Part shown: positions 19,382 through 28,916 of the stretch, one piece after another
Layout of the letters: each line of letters opens with the position of its first letter
Numbering within the stretch: the stretch's first letter is position 1
Source of the DNA: Synechocystis sp. PCC 6803 substr. PCC-P
GTDB taxonomy: Bacteria > Cyanobacteriota > Cyanobacteriia > Cyanobacteriales > Microcystaceae
NCBI RefSeq assembly: GCF_000284455.1
Contig: NC_017039.1
Span: forward strand, 3,210,001-3,242,000
DNA: 32,000 nt
Direction: 5' to 3'
Translations under genes and position numbers: made by a program
Notes under the pieces: generated by a model
Database searches by the model: none
The model's input: only the letters and a program-made list of their open reading frames with translations
Told to the model about the DNA's origin: nothing

Positions 19382-20707
19382 TTGGCACAATATTTGATGA
19401 CGGTTCCCTACCCTACTCCCCTACTAGCTACATCCAGCAAAGCTTTGTACCATCAGGTTTCCAGCCTGTTACTGTATCAAGGTATTTTCGACAATCCCAT
19501 TGGGGAAGCTTTTTTAGATTTGTTGCGCTGTTTGCACCACAATGGCACGAATCAAAAGCCGGAAGCTACGGTTTGTTTGCAAGCCTATGGGGTGTGGTTT
19601 CGCCATTTGGCCGAGGCGGGTCAGAGTTGGCAGGACTTTTTACTCGATCGCCTGTTGGAGGATGAGAATCCATTTAGTGTGCGGGTGCAAAGGGAAGAAT
19701 TGGCCCAATTACCAACCAGTTTGCAGGATGCGGCTCGCCATGACCTGAATTTGATCCAAATGGTGTATCAATGCCCACCGGAACAGATTTTGCAGTGGGT
19801 AATCATTGCTTCCCAAACTCCAGTGGCGTTAAAGGCTTGGCAAGTGCCCAACCAACTAGAGTTTCCTGCAGAAGGCGGCCAAAACTGGGGCGAAAATTTG
19901 GCTTATCTGGTGGCCCATTATCGACAAAAAGGCGTGGGAGCCGTGGCCCATTACCGGGCTTTTCGTTGGCGGGGGAAAAACTTACAGGGGGTACCCCAAA
20001 TCGATGGCGTTCGATTGGCAGACTTGGTGGGCTACGATGATCCCCAAAAGATCCTCTGTCAAAATACGCAATGCCTTTTGCAGGGACTGCCGGCGCTGAA
20101 TGTGTTGCTCTATGGCAGTCGAGGCAGTGGTAAATCTTCTTTGGTGAAAGCCTTGGTTAATCAGTACGGCGATCGGGGTTTGCGCCTAGTGGAAGTATCT
20201 CCCCGGGATTTGATTACCCTGCCTTTATTGGTGGGAAAACTACGTACCTATCCTCAGAAATTTATCATTTTTGTTGATGACCTCTCCTTTGAAGAGGAGG
20301 ATGAGCGTTTTAAAAGTTTAAAGGTTGTCTTAGAAGGGGATTTGGTCGCCCGCCCCGCTAATGTGGTCATTTATGCCACCAGTAACCGCCGTCATTTAAT
20401 TCGCGAATTTTTTGGCGATCGCCCTTCGCCCCAGGATGCTGACGAAGTACAGGCTTGGGACACGGTGCAGGAAAAATTATCCTTTAGTGACCGTTTTGGT
20501 TTAACCCTAACTTTTCCGCCGGCTAACCAGGACACGTATTTGATGATAGTACACCACTTGGCTAAACAGGCGCAGATTAATTTATCGGAAACGGAGTTAG
20601 ATTTCCGGGCTAAACAATGGGCCACCAGGCATAATGGGCGATCAGGCCGCACAGCGAGGCAATTTGTGGATTATTTAATCGGCGAGCAGGGTTTGACTTC
20701 CCCTTAA
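19382..20707 (+). CDS. AAA+ ATPase, DUF815-like
   Basis: NVLLYGSRGSGKSSLVKALVNQYGDRGLRLVEVSPRDL, IIFVDDLSFEEEDERFKSLKVVLEGDLVARPANVVIYATSNRRHLIREFF. True start may be the ATG at 19397. Confidence 0.85.
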   Translation: MAQYLMTVPYPTPLLATSSKALYHQVSSLLLYQGIFDNPIGEAFLDLLRCLHHNGTNQKPEATVCLQAYGVWFRHLAEAGQSWQDFLLDRLLEDENPFSVRVQREELAQLPTSLQDAARHDLNLIQMVYQCPPEQILQWVIIASQTPVALKAWQVPNQLEFPAEGGQNWGENLAYLVAHYRQKGVGAVAHYRAFRWRGKNLQGVPQIDGVRLADLVGYDDPQKILCQNTQCLLQGLPALNVLLYGSRGSGKSSLVKALVNQYGDRGLRLVEVSPRDLITLPLLVGKLRTYPQKFIIFVDDLSFEEEDERFKSLKVVLEGDLVARPANVVIYATSNRRHLIREFFGDRPSPQDADEVQAWDTVQEKLSFSDRFGLTLTFPPANQDTYLMIVHHLAKQAQINLSETELDFRAKQWATRHNGRSGRTARQFVDYLIGEQGLTSP

Positions 20708-20729
20708 CATTTTTCGTTTTAACATCACT

Positions 20730-21008
20730 ATGGATTGGCAACTGTTTGGTCTAAGTTTCATCACCGTTTTTCTAGCGGAAATTGGCGACAAAAGCCAGTT
20801 GGCGGCGATCGCCTTGGGGGGAAGTGCCAAATCTCCCCGGGCCGTATTTTTCGGTTCCGTGACGGCATTAATTTTAGCCAGTTTCCTTGGGGTTTTGGCT
20901 GGGGGCAGTTTAGCTCAATTTTTGCCGACTAAATTACTCAAAGCATTGGCCGCCTTGGGGTTTACCATCATGGCCCTGCGTTTACTTTGGCCTAACCAAG
21001 AAGATTAG
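20730..21008 (+). CDS. half-size Gdt1/TMEM165 (UPF0016) family cation transporter
   Basis: 92 aa with a single ExGDKS motif: [22 protein letters not shown]. Full-length members carry two such motifs. Confidence 0.88.
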   Translation: MDWQLFGLSFITVFLAEIGDKSQLAAIALGGSAKSPRAVFFGSVTALILASFLGVLAGGSLAQFLPTKLLKALAALGFTIMALRLLWPNQED

Positions 21009-21637
21009 ATCACCGATCGCAATTTTTCCACCCAGTCCAGCAGGCGATCGCCATTAACCCGGTAACTGAGGGGATGGGCAATGAGGCGGGCGCTACTGTC
21101 GAACAAAACTTCGATTTCCATCAAGCCATTCTCTTGGAGAGTGCGACCAGTGGAAACTAAATCCACAATGGCTTCCGACATGCCCGTAATGGGCCCCAAC
21201 TCCACCGAGCCATAAAGGGGAATAATTTCCACCGGCAAATCCAAACGTCGGAAATGCTCCAGGGCACAATGGACAAACTTAGAAGCCACCCGACCATGGG
21301 GCGGTAAATCCACCGATCGCCGATAGGGACTGGCCTGGGGCACGGCCACCGAAAGACGACAGCCACCAAAATTTAAATCCGCCAACTGGGCCACCGCTGG
21401 TTTCTTTTCCCGCAGAATGTCGTAGCCCACAATGCCCAACTGGGCCTGGCCATATTCCACATACACCGGCACATCCCAGGCCCTCACCAGTAAAGCCTTA
21501 GCCCGATGGGTGGGGTCCAGAATTTGTAACTGACGGTTTTTCGGTTCGAGGAAAGCAGAAAAATCTAGGCCAATTTGCTGAAAACGGTCAATACTATCCC
21601 GCAACAACGAGCCTTTCGGTAAAGCAATGGTGAGCAT
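21005..21637 (-). CDS. hisG: ATP phosphoribosyltransferase, short (HisZ-dependent) form
   Basis: 210 aa: [64 protein letters not shown]. Confidence 0.96.
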   Translation of the reverse strand: MLTIALPKGSLLRDSIDRFQQIGLDFSAFLEPKNRQLQILDPTHRAKALLVRAWDVPVYVEYGQAQLGIVGYDILREKKPAVAQLADLNFGGCRLSVAVPQASPYRRSVDLPPHGRVASKFVHCALEHFRRLDLPVEIIPLYGSVELGPITGMSEAIVDLVSTGRTLQENGLMEIEVLFDSSARLIAHPLSYRVNGDRLLDWVEKLRSVI

Positions 21638-21643
21638 AACAAT

Positions 21644-23014
21644 TTAAGGTTGACCCGACTGCGGGGCTGGGGGCACTTGCCAATTATCAATAATACGTTG
21701 CCGTGGCCTGGCGATCGCCAAAGATCCTGCGGGCACATCCCGATTGATCACCGACCCCGCCGCCACCGTTACCCCTTCCCCCACCTGCACTGGGGCCACA
21801 AACACACTATTGGCACCGGTTTTAGTGCCACTACCAATTACGGTTGCATGCTTGCTCACCCCGTCATAATTAGCCGTAATGGTACCGGCCCCCACATTGA
21901 CCCGCTGTCCCAGCATCGCGTCCCCCAGGTAACTTAAATGGGCCACATTAGATTGGGCACCAATGACAGATTTTTTCACTTCGACAAAATTGCCAATGCG
22001 ACAGTTGGCTTGAATATCCGCCTCCCCTCGAACGTGGCTATAGGGTCCAAGGCGACAACCGTCCCCAATCTGACTTTGGCTAACCACGGAAAATAGAACT
22101 GATGCATCAGATCCGACAATACTATCCTCGATCAGACTACCGGGGCCAATGCGACTACCCCGACCAATCACAGTTTTACCCCGCAGGTGAGTGTTGGGTT
22201 CAATGATCACATCCGCTTCTAGTACTACTGTGTCGTCAATAGTGATGCTATCGGGGTTGATCAAAGTAATGCCCTGGGCCATCCAGTCATCCTTGATGCG
22301 ATTTTGCAAAATATCATTGGCCGCCGCCAACTGTTTGCGGTCATTGATGCCGTTAATTTCTAAATAATCGTCCACATCCACCGCCATCACCTGGTCCAGG
22401 TAGTCCACTACTTCCGTTAGGTAATATTCCTTTTGATCATTGTTGGCTGATAATTTAGGCAAAGCGGCCGCTAATCGAGGCCAGTGGAAGCAATAAATAC
22501 CGCCATTGACTCGATGGTTTTGCCGTTGGGCCGCATTACAATCCCGGTCCTCGACAATTTGCGTAACCCGATTATCCCCGTTGCAAAATACCCGGCCGTA
22601 ACCCTTCGGATCTGGCAAATGGGCTGTGAGCAGGGTGGCCGCATTGCCATGGCGTTGGTGGGTAGCAAGCAAATTTTCCAAGGTTTCTGACCGGAGCAGA
22701 GGGGCATCCCCATTCAACACCAACAAATCCCCCTGGTAATCCTGGAGGCAAGGCAGTAACTGCTGAATAGCGTGGCCAGTCCCCAACTGTTCCCTTTGCT
22801 CAACAAATTCCACGTCCGATCGCCCGGCCAAAGAAGATTCCACGGCGGCGGCCTGGTAGCCCACAATCAATATCTGTCTTTCCGGGGCCAGGGGACGGCA
22901 ACTTTGTAATACCCTTTCCACCAAACTGTAGCCCCCCAATTGGTGGAGCACCTTGGGTAAATCTGATTTCATGCGGGTGCCTTTCCCCGCCGCTAATACT
23001 GCAACCGCCACCAT
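21644..23014 (-). CDS. glmU: bifunctional N-acetylglucosamine-1-phosphate uridyltransferase/glucosamine-1-phosphate acetyltransferase
   Basis: [28 protein letters not shown], left-handed beta-helix hexapeptides, [25 protein letters not shown]. Start trimmed from 23065 to the internal ATG at 23014. Confidence 0.97.
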
Positions 23015-23265
23015 AATGGTTTTCTGTCCTGATCGTCGCCATTGAGTATATCGTGATTGGGGCAAGGCAAATTCAGGGGGAAAACTACCAGCCAGTCACC
23101 GTTGGCAAAACCTTAACAAAAAGTTTAGAGTTGCCCAAAGTCTAGAAAATTAAGTATTTATACGGAAGTGCAAAGAATTGTAATCGATAATACAGCAAAG
23201 CCCCCCTTTGTTTGTATTTGGGGTTAGGTTATAGTTGTGTATGAGTTTCAACTTTGGTGGCTTTT

Positions 23266-23508
23266 ATGAGTACTGCAACTTTAACACCCCTTCCTTCCTC
23301 CGGTTACGACATTAATATGCTCAAGGATGAGGCTCGCTTGTTAGTGGAGCAGGGCACAGTAAGTCGTCACCAGCCCATTTATGTCCTCTGTCAGTATATT
23401 CCTGCCCGGGAATGGGTCTGTGTGGAATGTGAATTGGAAAGGAATGACTATTTACTGCGGGATCAGATTGGTGACTTGATGTCCTGTGAATATTGGGAAA
23501 ATGATTAA
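23266..23508 (+). CDS. small conserved cyanobacterial protein (DUF4327-like)
   Basis: INMLKDEARLLVEQGTVSRHQPIYVLCQYIPAREWVCVECELERNDYLLRDQIGDLM. Family by recall. ATG at 23266 preferred over the upstream GTG. Confidence 0.75.
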   Translation: MSTATLTPLPSSGYDINMLKDEARLLVEQGTVSRHQPIYVLCQYIPAREWVCVECELERNDYLLRDQIGDLMSCEYWEND

Positions 23509-23573
23509 CTGATTAGTTTTGGTTATAACTTTTAACTTAGTTATTTCGTTTGTTCTAAGTCTAACGTTCCGGT

Positions 23574-24683
23574 CTATTCCCAGTCCTCCTGTAAATTATC
23601 TAAATCCGTTTGCTCACAAAAACTTTGGAGTTCTTGATGCTCCTGACGACGGGAATGACGGCGATATTTTTTAGTTTCTAATTTTGGTTCATCGTACTCC
23701 TGGCCATCACTGCCGGTTTTAGTTTTCAAGCCTGTGTCCGTTTCCCTAGAATTTTCCGGGTTTTGCTGGGCCAAAACTTCCTCCAGAAAGGTTAGGTAAT
23801 GTTCGTACCTTTCCCAATCCTGCCCCACTGCACAGTCCGGTTCTCCCCGGTGCAAACAGTCTTTAAAAAAACATTCCTGCCCTGTTAACTGTTGTCGGGC
23901 TTCGGGAAAAAGATGAATTAGTTGGGCCGGTTCAACGGCCAGGTCTGGTTGGTTGAAGCCTGGAGTATCGGCTAGTAGCCCCCCGTGGGGAAGGTCAAAT
24001 AGTTCCACATGGCGAGTGGTGTGGCGCCCTTTTCGCAGTTTGCCCGACACATTTTTGACCTGTTGTTCTACCCCTGGCACCAGCAGGTTGATCAGACTGG
24101 ATTTGCCCACTCCGGAGGGGCCGGCCATTAAGCTAATGCGGCTCCTTAGTTTTTCCTGTAATTTTTCCACGCCCCAGCGATTTTCCACGCTGATAATGAT
24201 CGGTGCGTAACCCCAGGCCGCCAGGCGATCGCCCCAGAATTTAACATCGGTTTCCTGCACCAAATCCTGTTTATTGAAGCAAAGGCTAATTTCCAGTCCC
24301 GTGGCTTCTGCTTGCACCAAAAATCGACTTAACTGCCATTCTTCCAGGGGAGGATCGGTGAGGGCAAAAACTAAACAAATTTGTTCGGCATTGGCCACCG
24401 GTGGCCGCTCCAACACAGTGCGGCGGGGATAAACTTTGGCGATCGCCCCTAGATCCCCCTCGGCCACCATGGGCACTGGTGCAGTATTGCTACGACCATG
24501 CAACAACAAAGAAGGAGGTAATTCCACCCGGACTTGATCCCCCACCATGACCTTTTGCCCCACTTTTTTCAGACGGGTACGGCGGGTGCAGAGTAGTGGT
24601 TGAGACGTCACATTCCGTAGCCGCACCCAATAGTAGTTAGCTTGAACGGCAATAACCGTACCTTCATCCGTAGCTTTGGTCAT
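23574..24683 (-). CDS. rsgA: small ribosomal subunit biogenesis GTPase RsgA
   Basis: Circularly permuted GTPase: FNKQDLV, GPSGVGKSSLINLL, DTPGFNQPDL, then the Cys/His zinc cluster ECFFKDCLHRGEPDCAV. Confidence 0.95.
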   Translation of the reverse strand: MTKATDEGTVIAVQANYYWVRLRNVTSQPLLCTRRTRLKKVGQKVMVGDQVRVELPPSLLLHGRSNTAPVPMVAEGDLGAIAKVYPRRTVLERPPVANAEQICLVFALTDPPLEEWQLSRFLVQAEATGLEISLCFNKQDLVQETDVKFWGDRLAAWGYAPIIISVENRWGVEKLQEKLRSRISLMAGPSGVGKSSLINLLVPGVEQQVKNVSGKLRKGRHTTRHVELFDLPHGGLLADTPGFNQPDLAVEPAQLIHLFPEARQQLTGQECFFKDCLHRGEPDCAVGQDWERYEHYLTFLEEVLAQQNPENSRETDTGLKTKTGSDGQEYDEPKLETKKYRRHSRRQEHQELQSFCEQTDLDNLQEDWE

Positions 24684-24701
24684 TGGTTAACCCCTAGTCC
24701 C

Positions 24702-24956
24702 CTAGGGAACTGTCGCCGGAACGGTAATGGTTAAACAATAGGCCGATTCTCCTTCCAGTGCTCGTAGGGATTGCTCCGTATAGCCTTCCAATTCCAAGCT
24801 ATGGGGTACCTGCTCCACTGGTTCTCCCTCATCTAGCCAGACTTCCAGGCATTGTCCTGGGGCCATCTGGGCCAATTTGAGCTTAGTGCGAACAAAATTA
24901 ATCGGACAGGGAGTGCCCCGCAGATCTAGCAAGATTGATTCATTATCCAGGCTCAT
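24702..24956 (-). CDS. TusA-family sulfurtransferase-like protein
   Basis: [37 protein letters not shown], i.e. the CPxP-type motif. Confidence 0.9.
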   Translation of the reverse strand: MSLDNESILLDLRGTPCPINFVRTKLKLAQMAPGQCLEVWLDEGEPVEQVPHSLELEGYTEQSLRALEGESAYCLTITVPATVP

Positions 24957-26086
24957 TTATGGAATAATCCCCCTAAAAATCCTTCTAATCCACCTTTGCC
25001 GTGGCTTTCTCCTTTGATAGTGGCCAATCGTTCCAATAGCTCCCGCTCTTCCGAGTTAATCCGGGTGGGAATTTGTACCTTAACCGTGATTAGATGGTCG
25101 CCCCGAATGGTGGCGTTGCCTAATTTGGGCACCCCTTTATTTTCCAGGGTTAAGACGGTGTTGGGTTGGGTGCCGGCGGGGATAGTCAATTCTGCTTTAC
25201 CGTCCACTGTGTCCACTTCCAGACGACAACCAAGGATGGCTTGGAGATAGCTCACTTCCAAATTGGAACGAATATTCATCCCTTCCCGGACAAAATGCTT
25301 ATCCGTTTCCACCATCAGGAAGACGTACAGATCCCCTGCGGGACCACCCCGTAAACCAGCATCTCCTTCTTTACCCACCCGCAAACGGGTACCATCATCC
25401 ACTCCGGCGGGAATGGTAATTTTCAGCTTTTTCGTTTCCTGTTTGCGGCCGACCCCGTTACAGGCTTCACATTTCTGTTCAATGACTTCGCCGCTGCCGT
25501 TACAGGTAGGACAGGCGGAAACTTGGGCAAAACTACCAAAGGGGGTGCGGGTGGCCCGACGGACTTGTCCAGCGCCATTACAGGTGCCACAGGTTTTAAC
25601 CCCAGTGCCGGGCTTGGCCCCAGTGCCCTCACAGACCTGACAGGATTCCAGGTGGGGAATGCGAATTTCTTTTTCGCCGCCAAAAATAGCTTCCTGGAAA
25701 GTTAACTGTAAATCTAGCCGTAGATCATCCCCCCTGGTGGGACCATTGGCTCGACGACGACCCCGCTGCTGGCCGCCCATGCCACCGCCAAAGCCACCAA
25801 AAATGGTTTCAAAAATGTCGGCAAAATCGCCCATATTGCCCACATCGAAGCCCTGGGCACCGCCACCGCTGACCCCCGCTTCACCAAATTGATCGTAGCG
25901 TTGACGAATTTCTGGCTCCGATAGCACTTCGTAGGCTCGGTTAATTTCTTTGAATTTTTCCTCTGCTCCTGGTTCTTTATTAACGTCAGGATGATATTTC
26001 CGGGCTAACCGACGGTAGGCTCGTTTGATTTCATCTTTATCAGCATCCCGCGTCACTCCAAGCGTTTGGTAATAATCCCCAGGCAT
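24953..26086 (-). CDS. dnaJ: type I DnaJ chaperone
   Basis: J-domain with HPD (KYHPDVNKE), G/F linker, four CxxCxGxG-type zinc motifs ([33 protein letters not shown]). Confidence 0.97.
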   Translation of the reverse strand: MPGDYYQTLGVTRDADKDEIKRAYRRLARKYHPDVNKEPGAEEKFKEINRAYEVLSEPEIRQRYDQFGEAGVSGGGAQGFDVGNMGDFADIFETIFGGFGGGMGGQQRGRRRANGPTRGDDLRLDLQLTFQEAIFGGEKEIRIPHLESCQVCEGTGAKPGTGVKTCGTCNGAGQVRRATRTPFGSFAQVSACPTCNGSGEVIEQKCEACNGVGRKQETKKLKITIPAGVDDGTRLRVGKEGDAGLRGGPAGDLYVFLMVETDKHFVREGMNIRSNLEVSYLQAILGCRLEVDTVDGKAELTIPAGTQPNTVLTLENKGVPKLGNATIRGDHLITVKVQIPTRINSEERELLERLATIKGESHGKGGLEGFLGGLFHK

Positions 26087-26192
26087 AATGCGTCGATGTT
26101 TTGCTTAACAATAATTGACAAGGCTTCTGTAGTGTTTACTGTAGCAAACTCTCGCCCCCAGATGGTTGCCCAGAAATCCCCACCTCCGCATC

Positions 26193-26696
26193 TTAACCAA
26201 TGTCGTTGCGGACTCCGTTCAGACCAGCCAGGGCAATGGCAATGGCATCTACACTATCGTCGATGGGTAGGTCTTCTAGACCAAAAAAATTCTGCACCAT
26301 GGCGGCCACCTCGGCTTTATTGGCTTTACCGTTGCCCAGATGGCATTTCCAACTGGATTGGTGCAAAAAGACGGGCTGAATGCTCTTTTCCCGGTAAATA
26401 ACGAGGTTTATCACCCCCAAGGCCTGCATTACGCCTCCGGCCGCTTTGATTTGCCGACTAAAAAAAGGCATTTCCATGGCGATCGCCTGGGGGGAAAATT
26501 CTTCTAGTAGGACGTGGATATCCTGCTCAATTTCCACCAATCTTTCTGGGGTGCTGAGATTTTTAGATGTTTCGATAATGCCATAGTCCACCAAGTGAGC
26601 CGATAGATCCGGCTGACCGTCGAGAATAGCCCAACCAATAATGGCTAAACCGGGGTCAATGCCCAACCAGCGTTGGGCCGCTTCAGTTTGATCCAT
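26193..26696 (-). CDS. ruvC: Holliday junction endodeoxyribonuclease
   Basis: LGIDPGLAIIGWAIL, IAMEMPFF, NKAEVAAMVQ, DSVDAIAIALAG. Confidence 0.95.
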   Translation of the reverse strand: MDQTEAAQRWLGIDPGLAIIGWAILDGQPDLSAHLVDYGIIETSKNLSTPERLVEIEQDIHVLLEEFSPQAIAMEMPFFSRQIKAAGGVMQALGVINLVIYREKSIQPVFLHQSSWKCHLGNGKANKAEVAAMVQNFFGLEDLPIDDSVDAIAIALAGLNGVRNDIG

Positions 26697-26700
26697 TAGG

Positions 26701-27576
26701 TTAATTATTTTGATCTAGTTCAGCTAAAATTTCCACGGCTTGCTCACACAAAGCTCCATGGTGGGAACCATTGCTAGCCAGGATACCGCCCCATTGCCGC
26801 ACGTCGCCCCGGTTATACAACACAGGGGTCTGGTCAAAATAGGTAAACTCTCCCCCCGCTTCGGTGAGAATCAACTCCGGGGCCGCAAAGTCCCAATCCT
26901 TAGCGGCGGATTTACCGGAGAGGGAAATGTACACATCGCTCTGTCCCTCCAAAATCGTGACGATTTTACAGCCCACACTGCCCACATAATGGCGATCGCC
27001 AAAGGGTAAACGGTCAATCAAATCTTGGAAACGTTGGTCCCGATGGCTACGGCTCACTACTAGGGTTAAAGATTCTAATTCAGTTTTAGGCTTCACCTTC
27101 ACTGGGGTTATTGCCCCGGCTTTGGTTTCTCGAAAACAGCCCTGACCTTGGATGGCATAGTAAAGCTTTTGGGCTTCCGGCATGCCCACTAGGGCCAACA
27201 CCGGCCGCTGGCGATAGGTCAAAGCAATATGCAGGGCATATTCCCCGGTTTTATCAATGAAGTCCCTGGTGCCATCGAGGGGGTCAATAATCCAAACCCA
27301 ATCCTGGGGTAATGGTTCGTTGCCCTGGTGGGTTTCTTCGCTTAGATAGCCAAATTCTTCCGGGTTAAAGGTAGCTTGCAAAGTAGCCAAAATATATTGA
27401 TTGGCCGCCAAATCCGCCGCTGTTACGGGGCCATCCTGTTTATCTTCGTTGGCATTTAAATTGGTCTGATTCTGGCCACTGTAGTAGGACTGAAGAATTT
27501 CCATTGCGCCCCAGCCGGCGGTGCGGAGAGTAGTTAAGCCGGAATCTAGGTTGGGTAAAAGCTCGCTTATGACCAT
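26701..27576 (-). CDS. cysQ: inositol monophosphatase/3'(2'),5'-bisphosphate nucleotidase family (CysQ-like)
   Basis: GPVTAADLAANQYI, YLSEET, DWVWIIDPLDGTRDFI, SGKSAAKDWDFAAPELILTEAGG. Confidence 0.88.
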   Translation of the reverse strand: MVISELLPNLDSGLTTLRTAGWGAMEILQSYYSGQNQTNLNANEDKQDGPVTAADLAANQYILATLQATFNPEEFGYLSEETHQGNEPLPQDWVWIIDPLDGTRDFIDKTGEYALHIALTYRQRPVLALVGMPEAQKLYYAIQGQGCFRETKAGAITPVKVKPKTELESLTLVVSRSHRDQRFQDLIDRLPFGDRHYVGSVGCKIVTILEGQSDVYISLSGKSAAKDWDFAAPELILTEAGGEFTYFDQTPVLYNRGDVRQWGGILASNGSHHGALCEQAVEILAELDQNN

Positions 27577-27658
27577 AGGAATAAATGCAGTGGCATCGAA
27601 AATTAAAGGGGCGATTCTAATTCAACCACTCCAGGCGTTGGGCTGGGTAAGATTGTGT

Positions 27659-27683
27659 TTAGGCATTGGAGCCAAATGCCTAA
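27659..27683. promoter_or_regulatory. perfect 9-bp inverted repeat upstream of the cysQ-like gene
   Basis: TTAGGCATT-ggagcca-AATGCCTAA, with no flanking T-tract on either strand. Confidence 0.5.
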
Positions 27684-27712
27684 GTCCCATTGGTCATTGG
27701 CAGTAATATCGC

Positions 27713-27844
27713 TCAAAATCCCAACAGAGTAAAGCGCACCAAATGGTAGCCCAGACAAAGGCAGAACAAGACAATCAGGGCTGTCAAGCTGGTGAGTACA
27801 ATGCGCAAAAGTACTTTTTCGTAATCACTCCACAGTGGATTCAC
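27713..27844 (-). CDS. candidate 43-aa single-pass membrane micro-protein (absent from ORF track)
   Basis: Hand translation from GTG at 27844: VNPLWSDYEKVLLRIVLTSLTALIVLFCLCLGYHLVRFTLLGF*. It has one strong transmembrane segment; no clear ribosome-binding site seen. Confidence 0.35.
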   Translation of the reverse strand: MNPLWSDYEKVLLRIVLTSLTALIVLFCLCLGYHLVRFTLLGF

Positions 27845-28008
27845 GGGGAAATTTTTTCACTTTTGAACAATCCATTCAGACTAGTTAGAGTGGCTGGCCG
27901 GAGGAGCTTGGGCAACAAAATTAACGATTCCATCCTACTATTTAAAATTGGAATGAGCTAATTTCACCTCTTAGCCGCAAAAATATCCCTTGCATTGACC
28001 GTCAATTT

Positions 28009-28896
28009 ATGGAAATTCGCCGCCGGCCTCCTAACCCCCCCATCAAAGTTGACATTCTTCAGTATCAAATTAAGCATCCAGAAGCGGCTCCCCGTCACAT
28101 TCTGGAGGAAATTGTTTGGCATAAGGAAAAGGAAGTGGCCCAACGGCGAGAATTAGTCCCCCTGGTCAAACTCCAAAGTTTAGTCAAGGACATGACTCCC
28201 CCATTGGATTTTGTGGGGGCATTGCGCCAGAGTCCCCGGCAACCGGCCTTAATTGCTGAAGTGAAAAAGGCTTCCCCTAGTAAGGGCATTATTCGGGCGG
28301 ATTTTGACCCAGTGGCGATCGCCAAGGCCTATGAAGCGGGAGGGGCTAACTGTTTATCGGTGTTGACGGACGAGAAATTTTTCCAGGGTAGTTTTGAAAA
28401 TTTGCAACTGGTACGCTCAGCGGTGCAATTACCCTTGCTGTGCAAGGAATTTATTATTTACCCCTATCAAATCTATCTAGCCCGGAGTCGGGGGGCCGAT
28501 GCGGTGCTGTTAATTGCCGCTATCCTCAGCGATAAGGATTTGCGTTATTTCCTCAAAATTATTGAAGGTTTGGGCATGGCGGCGTTGGTGGAAGTCCATA
28601 CCCTGGAGGAAATGGACCGGGTTTTGGCTTTGGACGGGGTGCAACTAATCGGAGTTAATAACCGTAATTTGCAAACCTTCACCGTTGATCTGCAAACCAC
28701 AGAGGATCTTTTTGCCCAACGACGGGAGCAATTAACCCAAGGGGACATTACTTTAGTGAGCGAATCCGGCATTTATGAATTGGCTGATTTGCAAAGATTA
28801 CAGCAGGCTGGGGCCCGGGCCGTTTTAGTCGGCGAATCCCTGGTCAAACAACCAGATCCCCAACAGGCGATCGCCGCTTTATACGGTGAAGTTTAA
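28009..28896 (+). CDS. trpC: indole-3-glycerol phosphate synthase
   Basis: [76 protein letters not shown]. Confidence 0.98.
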   Translation: MEIRRRPPNPPIKVDILQYQIKHPEAAPRHILEEIVWHKEKEVAQRRELVPLVKLQSLVKDMTPPLDFVGALRQSPRQPALIAEVKKASPSKGIIRADFDPVAIAKAYEAGGANCLSVLTDEKFFQGSFENLQLVRSAVQLPLLCKEFIIYPYQIYLARSRGADAVLLIAAILSDKDLRYFLKIIEGLGMAALVEVHTLEEMDRVLALDGVQLIGVNNRNLQTFTVDLQTTEDLFAQRREQLTQGDITLVSESGIYELADLQRLQQAGARAVLVGESLVKQPDPQQAIAALYGEV

Positions 28897-28916
28897 TTGG
28901 CGCAGTAGCAACTCAA

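Noticed and set aside
26066-26401. Plus-strand 111-aa ORF between dnaJ and ruvC
   Set aside because: Largely antisense to ruvC and has no recognisable motif.
27743-27961. Plus-strand 72-aa ORF MVAQTKAEQDNQGCQAGEYNAQKYFF...
   Set aside because: It overlaps antisense the more protein-like minus-strand membrane micro-ORF; lacks domain features. Kept only as a weak alternative.
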